Shown piece after piece: positions 14,594 through 23,741 of a stretch of 25,624 nucleotides of DNA (within the stretch, counting starts at the first letter, position 1; every line of letters begins with the position of its first letter). The position numbers were made by a program, and so were the translations under genes. The notes below the pieces were generated by a model. The model was not told the DNA's origin, did not search any database, and saw only the letters and a program-made list of their open reading frames with translations. Where the stretch lies: IMG/VR virus record IMGVR_UViG_3300046804_003725, positions 1 through 25,624 of that record. One strand, 5' to 3'. The DNA is from a virus (lineage: Duplodnaviria; Caudoviricetes).

Positions 14594-16954
14594 GGCTATC
14601 AAGAGCAGGTAGAGCTGGAAGAATGGTGCAATCTGGTAGGCGCAAGCCGAGCGTTGAGGGATGGCTGGCAGAAGGGAGCAGCCAACAATCTGACGGATCG
14701 AATTGTTGGTTTGTATCTTGAGAAGGTGCGGGAGATTTATCAGAAGTCGAAGGATTCACCAGGCAGGCAAGCACATATATGGGATCTAATGCACAGCGAG
14801 AAGGCAGTCGATCACGTTGCCGTCGAAAGCCTTTGCTATGTGATGACGCACATCGACACAGAGCAGAAGTACACGACACTTGCTATGACACTAGGTCAGC
14901 GCGCGGAGTATGTGCTATGGCTTACCCATCCATCATGGGGCAAGTCTCTGCACCTGAAGGGACTGAAGCTGGCAAGCAACAACGATATGGGTATGGGCAA
15001 GATTATCAAACGGCTTAGAGATAAGGGGTTCCGCAAGGCTGCTTACTACAAGCAGCTCAAGTGTGTTGAGAGGGTTGCGCTGGGTGGATTCTTCATTGAG
15101 TGCATCGCTGAAGCCACGAAGATGATCGAGATTTATATGGTCAAGAGTATTCGATCACAGCAGAGATATGTCAGGGCAAGCATGGTCTACTGGGAGTTTC
15201 AGTGCAGATGGAAGGAGGCACTAAAGCTGCATCGAACTATTCGCCTACCCATGATTGCAATGCCGCGGCCATGGACGAAGGTAGATGACGGTGGTTACTA
15301 CACACAACGCACCGAACTGTCCACTGTTGGATGGGAACGCTGGCCAGAGGTATCCAAGCAAGCATTGCCTTGTGTAGTCGATGCAGTCAATCACCTTCAG
15401 ACCATTCCCCACTGCCTTGATGATGGACAGATGGAGTTCGAGCGTGCTCTATGGCAGGCGGGTCACGCACTTGGCAAGTTGCCATCGATGAACAGACTGA
15501 GTGAGCCCATTGATCACGAATACAAGATCAAGGGACTAGGGCCAAGGGCTTACTGGGAAGCAGTGTGGCGATGGAAGTCAGATCAACGAAAGAACTCTTC
15601 CAGGGTTGGCTTTGTTCATGCTCAGATCATCTATGAGAAGCTCCAGAACCAGAGGAGCCTGCACTGGGTTTGGTATATGGATTCGCGTGGTCGTTGCTAC
15701 TGCAGGGGGGGACAGGTGAACCCGCAGGGACCGGACCACATGCGTTCACTCATTCGCTTCACTGAAAGAAGTCCGATGAAGGGGAATGAGGATAGTTTTG
15801 CGTGGTCCCTGGGTGAAGCGTATGGTTTGCAGGCTGACATGGAGGTGAGAAGGAACTACCTCGTCAAGATGAGTCATGTACTAGGAAGGATAGGTGCCAA
15901 TCCAATGGGGTTACTGCCATATCTTGAGAAGACAAAGGAGCCATTCAGGTTTGTTCAGTTGTGCAGGGACTGGCATGGATACCTGAATGATCCTGGATAT
16001 ACAACGGGCACGATCCACTGGGTAGATCAAACGTGTTCAGGATGGGGACACGTTGCCTGCCTCACCAGTGATGGAGTGCTCGCACTGTTTACGAATGTGA
16101 TCGGAACGAAGAAAGGCGATCTCTATGCAGGACTGGGCAAGCTGGTGATTAGCAGGTTGAGGTGGATCGCAGAGAATGAGGATCATCCAGACAACGAGAG
16201 GCGAGCGAGGTTCGCGGCGTGGTGGCTGAAGCACGATCCTCCCCGTTCGTTCTGGAAGAAAGCACTGATGCCTGTGATCTATGGTCAAACTCACATGGCC
16301 ATGTGTGACACGATTGCCATGTACTTAAGGGATGAAGTCAAGGACTTCCTGGCCGACGAAGGGCTAAGGATTGTTGAGCTGGCTTCTGTCATGGCAAGCA
16401 TCATGCTTGAGGTAACAAAGGAGGCACTGCCGAACTACCTCGGCTTGTCGAGATGGCTTGCGGCAGCTGCAGGCTTGATGATGGACAAGGGGATTCGCCC
16501 CTACTGGTTCACGCCAAACGGTCTAGCAGTGGAGTCCTATTCAGAAACCGGAACCAGAGATCAGATGGAACTGACATTGGCAGGTAGAGCCATCCACCTT
16601 TCTCACACTGAGGGAACCCCTGGCCAGTTCAACAGGAAACGCACAGCCCGGAGACTGGTGCCAGACTTTGTGCATAGCCATGATGCTGCATTCATGCAGC
16701 GATTCGTGGCGCACTGGAAGACGTATCAGCGTCCGATCTCGACGGTGCATGACTGCTTTGGGACCACCCTTGGCAGTGTCGAGACGATGCGCAAGGAACT
16801 CAACGATCAATGGGCAAGGTTCTATTCCGTTGACTACCTAGCCAGGCACAAGGCCATGGTTGAAACGCTGGTGCAGGAGCCGGTTCCAGAGCCGCCAATG
16901 TTGAACACACTGGAGCGGTCGCGGCTGGGTGAAAACCCATTCCTTTTTTGTTGA
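14555..16954 (+). CDS. T7-like single-subunit DNA-directed RNA polymerase
   Basis: DSRGRCY, NPQG, motif A DQTCSGWGH, motif B RSFWKKALMPVIYG, PDFVHSHDA, motif C VHDCFGT; true start may be ATG 14585. Confidence 0.96.
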   Translation: MQSFNEVKQPMQPGYQEQVELEEWCNLVGASRALRDGWQKGAANNLTDRIVGLYLEKVREIYQKSKDSPGRQAHIWDLMHSEKAVDHVAVESLCYVMTHIDTEQKYTTLAMTLGQRAEYVLWLTHPSWGKSLHLKGLKLASNNDMGMGKIIKRLRDKGFRKAAYYKQLKCVERVALGGFFIECIAEATKMIEIYMVKSIRSQQRYVRASMVYWEFQCRWKEALKLHRTIRLPMIAMPRPWTKVDDGGYYTQRTELSTVGWERWPEVSKQALPCVVDAVNHLQTIPHCLDDGQMEFERALWQAGHALGKLPSMNRLSEPIDHEYKIKGLGPRAYWEAVWRWKSDQRKNSSRVGFVHAQIIYEKLQNQRSLHWVWYMDSRGRCYCRGGQVNPQGPDHMRSLIRFTERSPMKGNEDSFAWSLGEAYGLQADMEVRRNYLVKMSHVLGRIGANPMGLLPYLEKTKEPFRFVQLCRDWHGYLNDPGYTTGTIHWVDQTCSGWGHVACLTSDGVLALFTNVIGTKKGDLYAGLGKLVISRLRWIAENEDHPDNERRARFAAWWLKHDPPRSFWKKALMPVIYGQTHMAMCDTIAMYLRDEVKDFLADEGLRIVELASVMASIMLEVTKEALPNYLGLSRWLAAAAGLMMDKGIRPYWFTPNGLAVESYSETGTRDQMELTLAGRAIHLSHTEGTPGQFNRKRTARRLVPDFVHSHDAAFMQRFVAHWKTYQRPISTVHDCFGTTLGSVETMRKELNDQWARFYSVDYLARHKAMVETLVQEPVPEPPMLNTLERSRLGENPFLFC

Positions 16955-16979
16955 CAGCTTGCAACTGCTGCTCTAACAT
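16951..16979 (+). promoter_or_regulatory. Sigma70-type promoter for the replication module
   Basis: TTGACA-17 nt-TAACAT overlapping the RNAP stop. Confidence 0.7.
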
Positions 16980-17054
16980 GCAGCTGTCCCGGCATTCCGG
17001 TAGGCCCCACTGCCGCATGTAAGTCCGGGCTAACTCAATCCAATCATTTCTTGT

Positions 17055-17666
17055 ATGTCACGGAACGAAGTTTCACCGATCGGCAAGTTCATTTTTGGTT
17101 CACTGGTTCAACAGCAGGAGAGTCCTTTTGGCGAAGGCCCTTTCTGGAGCTGCGGCTTTCTACTGAGCGAGGAAGATTCCCAGCCTATGTTCAAATTGCT
17201 GGAATCCATCATCGCAGAACAGCGCAAGTTGAACGACAAGTATCCACCTGACGAGCAGCTCATTGTTCCCTGGGGGGCTTCAATGAAGAAGAACGCAGCA
17301 GGCGTCAAGGAGGTTGTAGATGGTGAGTTTGTCTGGAAGTTCAAGCGCAAGGCAATCGTCAAGCGAAAGTCCGGCGCGCAAGAACGCAACACTCCGCCCA
17401 TTATCTATGACGCGAGTGGTGCGATCGTCAATGACAGCGTTGGCAATATCGGACGGGGTTCAACAGGCAAAGTGATCTTCAGTCCCTATGCCTTTGCCGC
17501 TGGCAGGAACATCGGTGTTTCATTCCAGCTTGCTGGATTTCAGATCGCCAACCTGGAGACAAACGAAGCAGAAGCGTTGACACTGGCTCCCATCGCTGGC
17601 GGGTTCATTGCCGAGGATGCCCCTGTGCCCACTATTCCGGCGCCTGATGTACTCGACGACTTCTAA
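17055..17666 (+). CDS. Single-stranded DNA-binding protein (T7 gp2.5-like)
   Basis: SPIG, FKRKA, PIIYDASG, IGRGSTGKV, GVSFQLAGFQI and an acidic C-terminus ending in Phe (DVLDDF). Confidence 0.9.
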   Translation: MSRNEVSPIGKFIFGSLVQQQESPFGEGPFWSCGFLLSEEDSQPMFKLLESIIAEQRKLNDKYPPDEQLIVPWGASMKKNAAGVKEVVDGEFVWKFKRKAIVKRKSGAQERNTPPIIYDASGAIVNDSVGNIGRGSTGKVIFSPYAFAAGRNIGVSFQLAGFQIANLETNEAEALTLAPIAGGFIAEDAPVPTIPAPDVLDDF

Positions 17667-18186
17667 TCGCGTCAAGCACAGCCGAGCCAACGGCTATCGG
17701 TCTGGCGTTGAGGAAGAGGTAGAGCTGGCCCTGCGAGAGCAGGGTCTTTCTCCCGAGTACGAGTCAGAGAAGCTGCCGTATGTTCTGCACAAGAAGTACA
17801 CGCCCGACTTCAAGATCGGTGATGTGTATATCGAGGTGAAAGGATGGTGGCCATCAGCAGAGAGGACGAAGTTTCTTGCGGTCGTGATGCACAATCCAAG
17901 ACTGCGGATCTTCGTTGCACTTCAGAGGCCGAACACTAGGCTGTCGAAGGCCAGCCGCACAACTTATGCCCAATGGTGTGAGAAGTATGGCATTGCCTGG
18001 TGTCCCATTCCTATTCCAAAGGAGTTCCTATGCAAGTGGCTGAACGGCGCAAGGTACACATACCGTGCCCAGGCCCCGAGTGCACCAGTTCCGATGCAGC
18101 AGTTGAGTATCCCGATGGATCAGTCTACTGCTTTAGTTGTCAACAACGTTACACCAGAGGAGGACGACCATGGAGGAAAGGAATGA
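17647..18186 (+). CDS. Endonuclease I / Holliday junction resolvase (T7 gp3-like)
   Basis: YRSGVEEEV, YESEKLPY, YTPDF, IEVKG, TTYAQWCEKYG. Confidence 0.93.
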   Translation: MYSTTSNRVKHSRANGYRSGVEEEVELALREQGLSPEYESEKLPYVLHKKYTPDFKIGDVYIEVKGWWPSAERTKFLAVVMHNPRLRIFVALQRPNTRLSKASRTTYAQWCEKYGIAWCPIPIPKEFLCKWLNGARYTYRAQAPSAPVPMQQLSIPMDQSTALVVNNVTPEEDDHGGKE

Positions 18187-19688
18187 ATAGCCAGCAGATC
18201 CTTGATGATGTGCCAAGGACAGACGAGATCACAGTCAAGGCAATCCTTGTCGATGGCGAGCATGTATCCCTGGAGGCAAGGAAGATAACCAAGCGAACAT
18301 GCACGATGTATGACTACATCGTTGGCAACAGAAATGGCGAGCGCATTCAGTGTGCGAACTACCGAGACAAGGCAGGGTCTGTCGTTGCACAGAAGACTCG
18401 CAAGGCTGGCAAGCGTTTCGGCTGGATAGGTGAAACGCAGGTTCAACTGTTCGGCCAGCATCTCGGCGGCGAAGGGACTTTGATCCTGACTGAGGGAGAG
18501 ATTGATGCGATGACGGTGTATGAATGTCTCTACACCCATACCAACAGCAGAGAGAAGTTCGTCGCTGCTTCGATCCCCAACGGTGCGGCAGGGGCTAAGA
18601 AGTCATGCAGTGCTCAGCTCAGCTGGATCCTTGGATTCAAGCGGGTTGTCATCTTCATGGACATGGATGAACCAGGCCGCAAGGCAGCGTCTGACCTGGT
18701 GACACTGATCGGTCCTACGGCTGCAGTGGTTGGAGCATTCCCATTCAAGGATGCAAACGAGGCATGGGTTGCTGGTGACTTCAATGCCATCATCACGGCC
18801 ATCAACACAGCCAAGCGTCAACGCCCGGATGCAATCGTTCATGCTCCCGATCTGCTCGGCAAGATCCTGGAACCAGAGAATCGGTTTGGCCTGCCCTACC
18901 CATGGAGCGGCTGGAATCAGATGACCGAGGGGATGAAGCCGGGGCAGCTGGTGATGATCAGCGGCGGCACCGGAATCGGCAAGAGCCTGTTCACCCGGAG
19001 CATTGCCCTGAACCTGTGCAAGGCGGGAACACGGGTGGCCTACATCGGCCTGGAGGAGAGCTGTGAGACGAGCCTGGAGCGGATGCTGAGTGAGGAGCTG
19101 GGGGTATCACCGGGCTTCCACCTGGACAGCCCAGAGCAGCGGGCAGGGAGGGATCCGAAGGTGATCAAGGATGCACTTGACAAGTTTGCTGACAACCTCT
19201 TCCTGTTGGACAAGTTTGGCAGCGATGACTTCGACTCATTTGTTGCCACTATTAAACACTATGTACTTGGCGAGCAATGCCGAGTCATCGTTCTTGATCA
19301 CTTCTCTCTGTTAGCAGATGGCATCTCGCTTGCTACTGATCAGCGTCGGGCTATTGATCGCTGCATCAAGGATCTCAAAACACTGTGCGTCGAACTCAAC
19401 TTCACAATGCTTGTCGTGTGCCACCTATCAAGGGGTAACGGGTTTGGTCCGACGCATGAAGAGGGAGGAGAGCCAACCTTGTCCGAACTACGAGGCTCTC
19501 ACTCTCTAGCCCAGATCCCCGACTTCGTTGTGATGCTACAACGTAACCCACGCAATGAAGACAAGGTAGAAGCAAACACAACCTACGCCTGGTTGAAGAA
19601 GAACCGTGTCAAGGGTGAACTAGGTCTTATGTCAAAGCTCCACTACCTTCCAAGCTGCAGGTTCCATGAAATCCAACTCGTTTGTTGA
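18030..19688 (+). CDS. DNA primase-helicase (T7 gp4-like)
   Basis: Zn finger CPGPEC...CFSC, TOPRIM TEGEIDA/DMDEPG/KDANE, Walker A GGTGIGKS, VLDH, LRGSHSLAQ; AAGGAG SD before ATG 18030. Confidence 0.96.
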   Translation: MQVAERRKVHIPCPGPECTSSDAAVEYPDGSVYCFSCQQRYTRGGRPWRKGMNSQQILDDVPRTDEITVKAILVDGEHVSLEARKITKRTCTMYDYIVGNRNGERIQCANYRDKAGSVVAQKTRKAGKRFGWIGETQVQLFGQHLGGEGTLILTEGEIDAMTVYECLYTHTNSREKFVAASIPNGAAGAKKSCSAQLSWILGFKRVVIFMDMDEPGRKAASDLVTLIGPTAAVVGAFPFKDANEAWVAGDFNAIITAINTAKRQRPDAIVHAPDLLGKILEPENRFGLPYPWSGWNQMTEGMKPGQLVMISGGTGIGKSLFTRSIALNLCKAGTRVAYIGLEESCETSLERMLSEELGVSPGFHLDSPEQRAGRDPKVIKDALDKFADNLFLLDKFGSDDFDSFVATIKHYVLGEQCRVIVLDHFSLLADGISLATDQRRAIDRCIKDLKTLCVELNFTMLVVCHLSRGNGFGPTHEEGGEPTLSELRGSHSLAQIPDFVVMLQRNPRNEDKVEANTTYAWLKKNRVKGELGLMSKLHYLPSCRFHEIQLVC

Positions 19689-19932
19689 CAAGTTCCATCG
19701 CCCATTCCTGGATCCGAAGAAACTTGGCATCACCTATGCAGTTAACCGCAACTACCCACTATGGAAACTTCGCATTCAGCTACGGGGGCAGGCTCCATTG
19801 ATCGAGTGGATCAGGGCATCGACATTGAGGATGGCCAAGCAGTATGCGCAGAGACGCTACCCGGAGTTGTTGTCACTGGAGGTGATCGGATCCAGCTCCC
19901 TCTCGCCCTTGCCCTCCCAAGGCAAAGTCTGA
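19666..19932 (+). CDS. Hypothetical protein
   Basis: 88-aa ORF overlapping the helicase end; IRASTLRMAKQYAQRRYP motif. Confidence 0.65.
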   Translation: MKSNSFVDKFHRPFLDPKKLGITYAVNRNYPLWKLRIQLRGQAPLIEWIRASTLRMAKQYAQRRYPELLSLEVIGSSSLSPLPSQGKV

Positions 19933-20192
19933 AGCCTGGACAGAAGTACATCGTTGACGCTGATACCGTCAACAAATCAATCCACTACGCCACTCGCCGG
20001 TTCAATGAGCAAATCCACAACACAAAGTCCGTCTATGCGGCAGCGTTCTGGAACGGGTACGGAGCCGCCCTTGCCAGGATCAGCGACGAAGCAAAGCCCT
20101 TTGTTGATCGAGAGGATGAACGATGCCTATTGGATGCTCCAATCGGATACGACCATGCAGGACGTAGCACGGATGGAGCAGGCAATGCTTGA
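19929..20192 (+). CDS. Hypothetical protein (start uncertain; possible coupled CTG start)
   Basis: The C-terminal part of ORF 19761-20192 (AAFWNGYGAAL) fills the gap; an in-frame CTG overlaps the upstream TGA. Confidence 0.45.
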   Translation: MKPGQKYIVDADTVNKSIHYATRRFNEQIHNTKSVYAAAFWNGYGAALARISDEAKPFVDREDERCLLDAPIGYDHAGRSTDGAGNA

Positions 20193-20319
20193 GCTGGCGG
20201 ACGAGGTTGAGAGCTGGGCGCCTGAGGCTTCTATGCACCGGGTCTGCCACACGCAGACACTGGAGATCGCCAGGCGAATCAGGGAGAAAGCGACTGAGCG
20301 CAGAGGTGCACGGCAATGA
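20101..20319 (+). CDS. Hypothetical protein
   Basis: The helical C-terminal part of ORF 19954-20319 (MNDAYW...ELADEVE); its stop overlaps the exonuclease ATG. Confidence 0.6.
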   Translation: MLIERMNDAYWMLQSDTTMQDVARMEQAMLELADEVESWAPEASMHRVCHTQTLEIARRIREKATERRGARQ

Positions 20320-21077
20320 AGCTGCTGCTTGATTCAGACATGTTGCTATTTAGGGCAATGACAGCAACAGAGGTGGAGTTTGAGGTGTTGCCCGATGTGT
20401 TCACTCGTCATAGTGAACTACCAGAAGCAAGAGCGAAATACTGGGATATGTGTGATGACCTGGCCCAGCAGGTAGACATGAGCGTTGATGACGTTTGGCA
20501 TTGCTTCACCAGTCGCAGCATGTTCAGAAGGCGGATCTGCCCTGACTACAAGGCGAACAGGAAGGCAACTGTCAAGCCGCTTGGCTACCAGAAGATGCGA
20601 GCCGAGATCATGAATGAATCGACTGCATTCATGTTCGACGAGATCGAGGCCGATGACGTACTCGGCATCTTCGCTACAATGATTGATGATGAAAGGGTTG
20701 TCATCGCATCAGGTGACAAGGACTTGAACCAGATACCAGGCGAACACGTCTGGCTTGATAAAGAACCATGGGAGCAGGATCCGCGTGACGCACGACGATT
20801 CATTTACAAACAAATCCTCACGGGTGACAGGACGGATGGAGTCACAGGATGCCCAGGCATGGGTGAAGTCAGAGCGCAACGCATCGTCGATGAACTCAAC
20901 ATCTACAAGCCTTTGGATTGCTGGCAAGAGATTGTTCGGACGTATGAAACGAAAGGGGGTGTGGCAAACGCATCCGAATACGCAACGAAACAGACGAGAC
21001 TGGTGAAGATCCTGCAGGCAGGAGAGTATGACTTCAACACACACGCAGTCAAACTATGGAATCCCCCGACACGCTAA
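20316..21077 (+). CDS. 5'-3' exonuclease (T7 gp6-like)
   Basis: LLLDSD, YKANRK, EADDVLG, SGDKDLNQIPG, GDRTDGVTGCPGMG. Confidence 0.95.
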   Translation: MKLLLDSDMLLFRAMTATEVEFEVLPDVFTRHSELPEARAKYWDMCDDLAQQVDMSVDDVWHCFTSRSMFRRRICPDYKANRKATVKPLGYQKMRAEIMNESTAFMFDEIEADDVLGIFATMIDDERVVIASGDKDLNQIPGEHVWLDKEPWEQDPRDARRFIYKQILTGDRTDGVTGCPGMGEVRAQRIVDELNIYKPLDCWQEIVRTYETKGGVANASEYATKQTRLVKILQAGEYDFNTHAVKLWNPPTR

Positions 21078-21238
21078 AGCGAATCATTGCTCACAACATC
21101 AATGAGGAAGCGATTGACGCATTGGATCAGTTGTTTCCTGAGCGATCTCCAGAACTGACGGACAGCCTGGACGCAATCAGGTACGCTTCTGGTCAGAGAT
21201 CAGTCATTCGTTTTTTGCGGAGCTTGAGCGATGTCTAA
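21056..21238 (+). CDS. Conserved small T7-like protein (gp6.5-like position)
   Basis: LDQLFPERSP...IRYASGQRSVIRFL pattern. Confidence 0.75.
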   Translation: MESPDTLKRIIAHNINEEAIDALDQLFPERSPELTDSLDAIRYASGQRSVIRFLRSLSDV

Positions 21239-22022
21239 CATGACAAACTGGTTCTATGATCAACCGAACTATGCAGAACAGGAGCGCATTCTGCAGGCTC
21301 AGGGTCAAGCAGAAAAGCTGCTAGGCAAGAGGCTTGGCAGTCCTGCGGCAAGGCGAATGGCTGAGGGTTTTAACGCAACCCTCAATGATCCGCTTTACCT
21401 TGACCTTGCCGCCAGACTTGGCATCAAGGATTACGATTCAGTCAAGGACTACAACCAGATCACCAACGCCATTCTGGGAAAGGCTATTCAGGATGGTGGT
21501 GGCAATGGTGGCAAGGGTAACAATGGAGCAGATGGTGACAAGCTGCCCGCTCCCAACGATGGGGAGTACGGTCACATCGAAGAGAACATCAAATGGCAGG
21601 GACAGAAGGGACGCGACACAGCTGATGAATATAACAATAAACCAGTTGATGAATCAGGCGGAGATCCGATCAATGTAGACGATCTCACCGGCTCAGGCTC
21701 AACACTTGATCCGGCGCAGCGTCAGATTCAGATGCTTAAGAAGCTGATGATCAATCAGCGGACTGCCTTTAAGGATCAACTTGCCCTGCAACGGCAGCAG
21801 CTCCAAGCAGCTGATGCTGCCTATGCCGAACAGCTGCGCCAATCGGATGCGCTAAGCCGTGCCTACATTCCTGCTCCATCGCAGTCAGCAGTTGCACCTG
21901 TGCTCAATATGTCGAGCAATGCAGGCGTAAGTTCCAATACACTTTCGTCTCTGAGATCCATGGCAATCGGGGGTAGTCGGACCATCGGCGGGACTAGCCT
22001 GAGTGGATTGCAGATCGCTTGA
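21231..22022 (+). CDS. Probable virion-associated protein (gp6.7/7.3-like position)
   Basis: Immediately upstream of the portal; low-complexity Gly/Asn and Gln-rich segments; product inferred from position. Confidence 0.65.
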   Translation: MSNMTNWFYDQPNYAEQERILQAQGQAEKLLGKRLGSPAARRMAEGFNATLNDPLYLDLAARLGIKDYDSVKDYNQITNAILGKAIQDGGGNGGKGNNGADGDKLPAPNDGEYGHIEENIKWQGQKGRDTADEYNNKPVDESGGDPINVDDLTGSGSTLDPAQRQIQMLKKLMINQRTAFKDQLALQRQQLQAADAAYAEQLRQSDALSRAYIPAPSQSAVAPVLNMSSNAGVSSNTLSSLRSMAIGGSRTIGGTSLSGLQIA

Positions 22023-23647
22023 TGAACGACACCGCTGCCTCGCGTTGGAGGGATCTCGAATCCCACCGATCCATGTATCTGCGCCGAGCAATCGACGCAA
22101 GCAAGCTGACGATTCCTTCTCTGATTCCCGAATCAGATCAGGCAAGCAGTGGCGAATCGTTCAACTCCCTGCCGAGTCTCTACCAGGGAGCTGGTGCCCG
22201 CGGTGTCACAAGCCTGGCGGCGAAGTTGATGCTGGCCTTGATGCCACCGAGTCAGCCGTTCTTCCGGTTGACGATCGACGCTGGAAAGGTTCGAGGCTGG
22301 ATGCAGGAGCAGGGCACAGCACAGAATGAAGGCGAGGTGCTGTCACGACTGGATCAGCTGCTCAGCTCCATGGAGCGACAGGTGCTGATGAGGTTCGACA
22401 AGCTGCAGGCAAGGAATGCTGTCTTCATGGCAATCAAGCATTTGCTTGTAGGTGGAAATGCCTTGCTCTATGTGGGCAGCGAAACCATCCGTATGCACGG
22501 AATGAGATCGTTCGTGCTGGATCGTGACCCTGAGGGTAACGTCACAGAGATTGTGATTCGTGAACGTGTGGCTGAGAAGTTCATGCCAGCACGGGAGCCG
22601 GAACACACGGGGAAGGATGACGATTCAGATAGGCAAGAGGATGTCTACACCCATGTGACGATTGATCCAACAGGGGATCCTCAAGTCGAATGGTATCAAG
22701 AATACGACGGGGCAAGACTGAAAGGAACAGTTGGCTTCAGTGCCATTGAATCAAGTCCCTGGATTCCATTGAGGCTGCATCGCGTCGCTGGTGAATACTA
22801 TGGCCGCGGCCTCGTCGAGGACGTGATCGGTGATCTGCAGAGCCTGGAGAGCCTGACGAAAGCCATCGTGCAGGGGAGCCTGATCGCAGCGAAGGCCATC
22901 GGCCTGGTGAACCCGAACGGCGTCACCAGGGCCGACGTGCTGGCCAGGGCAGAGAACGGGGCGATCGTTCCGGGGAACGCAGCGGATGTCGAGTTCCTGC
23001 AGGTGCAGAAGAACAACGACTTCAGCACTGCATTGTCTGCCATGCAGATGATCGAACGCAGGCTTCAGTTCACCTTCCTTGCGAATGAGGCAGTGCAGCG
23101 TGACGCTGATCGGGTGACAGCAGAGGAGATCAGACTGATGGCAGAGCAGCTTGAGCAGGGACTGGGAGGTGTCTACTCAGTCCTGTCCGCTGAAATGCAG
23201 CTGCCATTGATTCGACGGGTACTGAACCTGATGATGAAGGATGGCGAACTGCCTGAGATTCCCAAGGGATTGGTTGAGCCTCAGGTTACGACGGGTCTTG
23301 AGGCTATTGGACGGGGCAACGACAAGCAGCGATTAACGACATTCCTCCAGACAGTTGCAACCAACATCGGACCACAGTTGTTTGTGCAGTACATCAATCC
23401 AGCAGAACTGATCCGACGATTCGCCGCGGCAGATGGGATCGACACAGCTGGACTGGTGAAGGATCAGAAACAGCTGGAGGCTGAGCAGGCACAACAGCAG
23501 CAGGCTATTCTTGGCCAGCAACTTGCACAAGGAGCAATCCAAAGTGGAGCAACGCAGGCGCCACAGCCAGCAGGACAAGCTGGCTCAGGTGATGGAGGAG
23601 CAGCAGGAGTCCCTGCAGGAGGAGTCGAACAAGCTCAAGCAGTCTGA
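22019..23647 (+). CDS. Portal (head-to-tail connector, T7 gp8-like)
   Basis: GARGVTSLAAKLMLALMPP..PFFRL, PWIPLR...GEYYGRG, RVTAEEIR, LGGVYS, TGLEAIGRG. Confidence 0.97.
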   Translation: MMNDTAASRWRDLESHRSMYLRRAIDASKLTIPSLIPESDQASSGESFNSLPSLYQGAGARGVTSLAAKLMLALMPPSQPFFRLTIDAGKVRGWMQEQGTAQNEGEVLSRLDQLLSSMERQVLMRFDKLQARNAVFMAIKHLLVGGNALLYVGSETIRMHGMRSFVLDRDPEGNVTEIVIRERVAEKFMPAREPEHTGKDDDSDRQEDVYTHVTIDPTGDPQVEWYQEYDGARLKGTVGFSAIESSPWIPLRLHRVAGEYYGRGLVEDVIGDLQSLESLTKAIVQGSLIAAKAIGLVNPNGVTRADVLARAENGAIVPGNAADVEFLQVQKNNDFSTALSAMQMIERRLQFTFLANEAVQRDADRVTAEEIRLMAEQLEQGLGGVYSVLSAEMQLPLIRRVLNLMMKDGELPEIPKGLVEPQVTTGLEAIGRGNDKQRLTTFLQTVATNIGPQLFVQYINPAELIRRFAAADGIDTAGLVKDQKQLEAEQAQQQQAILGQQLAQGAIQSGATQAPQPAGQAGSGDGGAAGVPAGGVEQAQAV

Positions 23648-23741
23648 TGAGGCAAAGGTGATGCTCAAGCCTGGCCAGCACACTGAGCGACTGCCTGATG
23701 GCGGCCACATGATCATCACTGACGGTTTCATCAATGCCTGA
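23544..23741 (+). CDS. Small hypothetical protein between portal and scaffold
   Basis: GGAG SD then GTG 23544; overlaps the portal 3' end and the scaffold start. Confidence 0.45.
   Translation: MEQRRRHSQQDKLAQVMEEQQESLQEESNKLKQSDEAKVMLKPGQHTERLPDGGHMIITDGFINA

Noticed and set aside
19684-19699. Further operator-like copy GTTGACAAGTTCCATC
   Set aside because: Lies inside coding sequence, has a mismatched half-site and no matching -10; may be chance.
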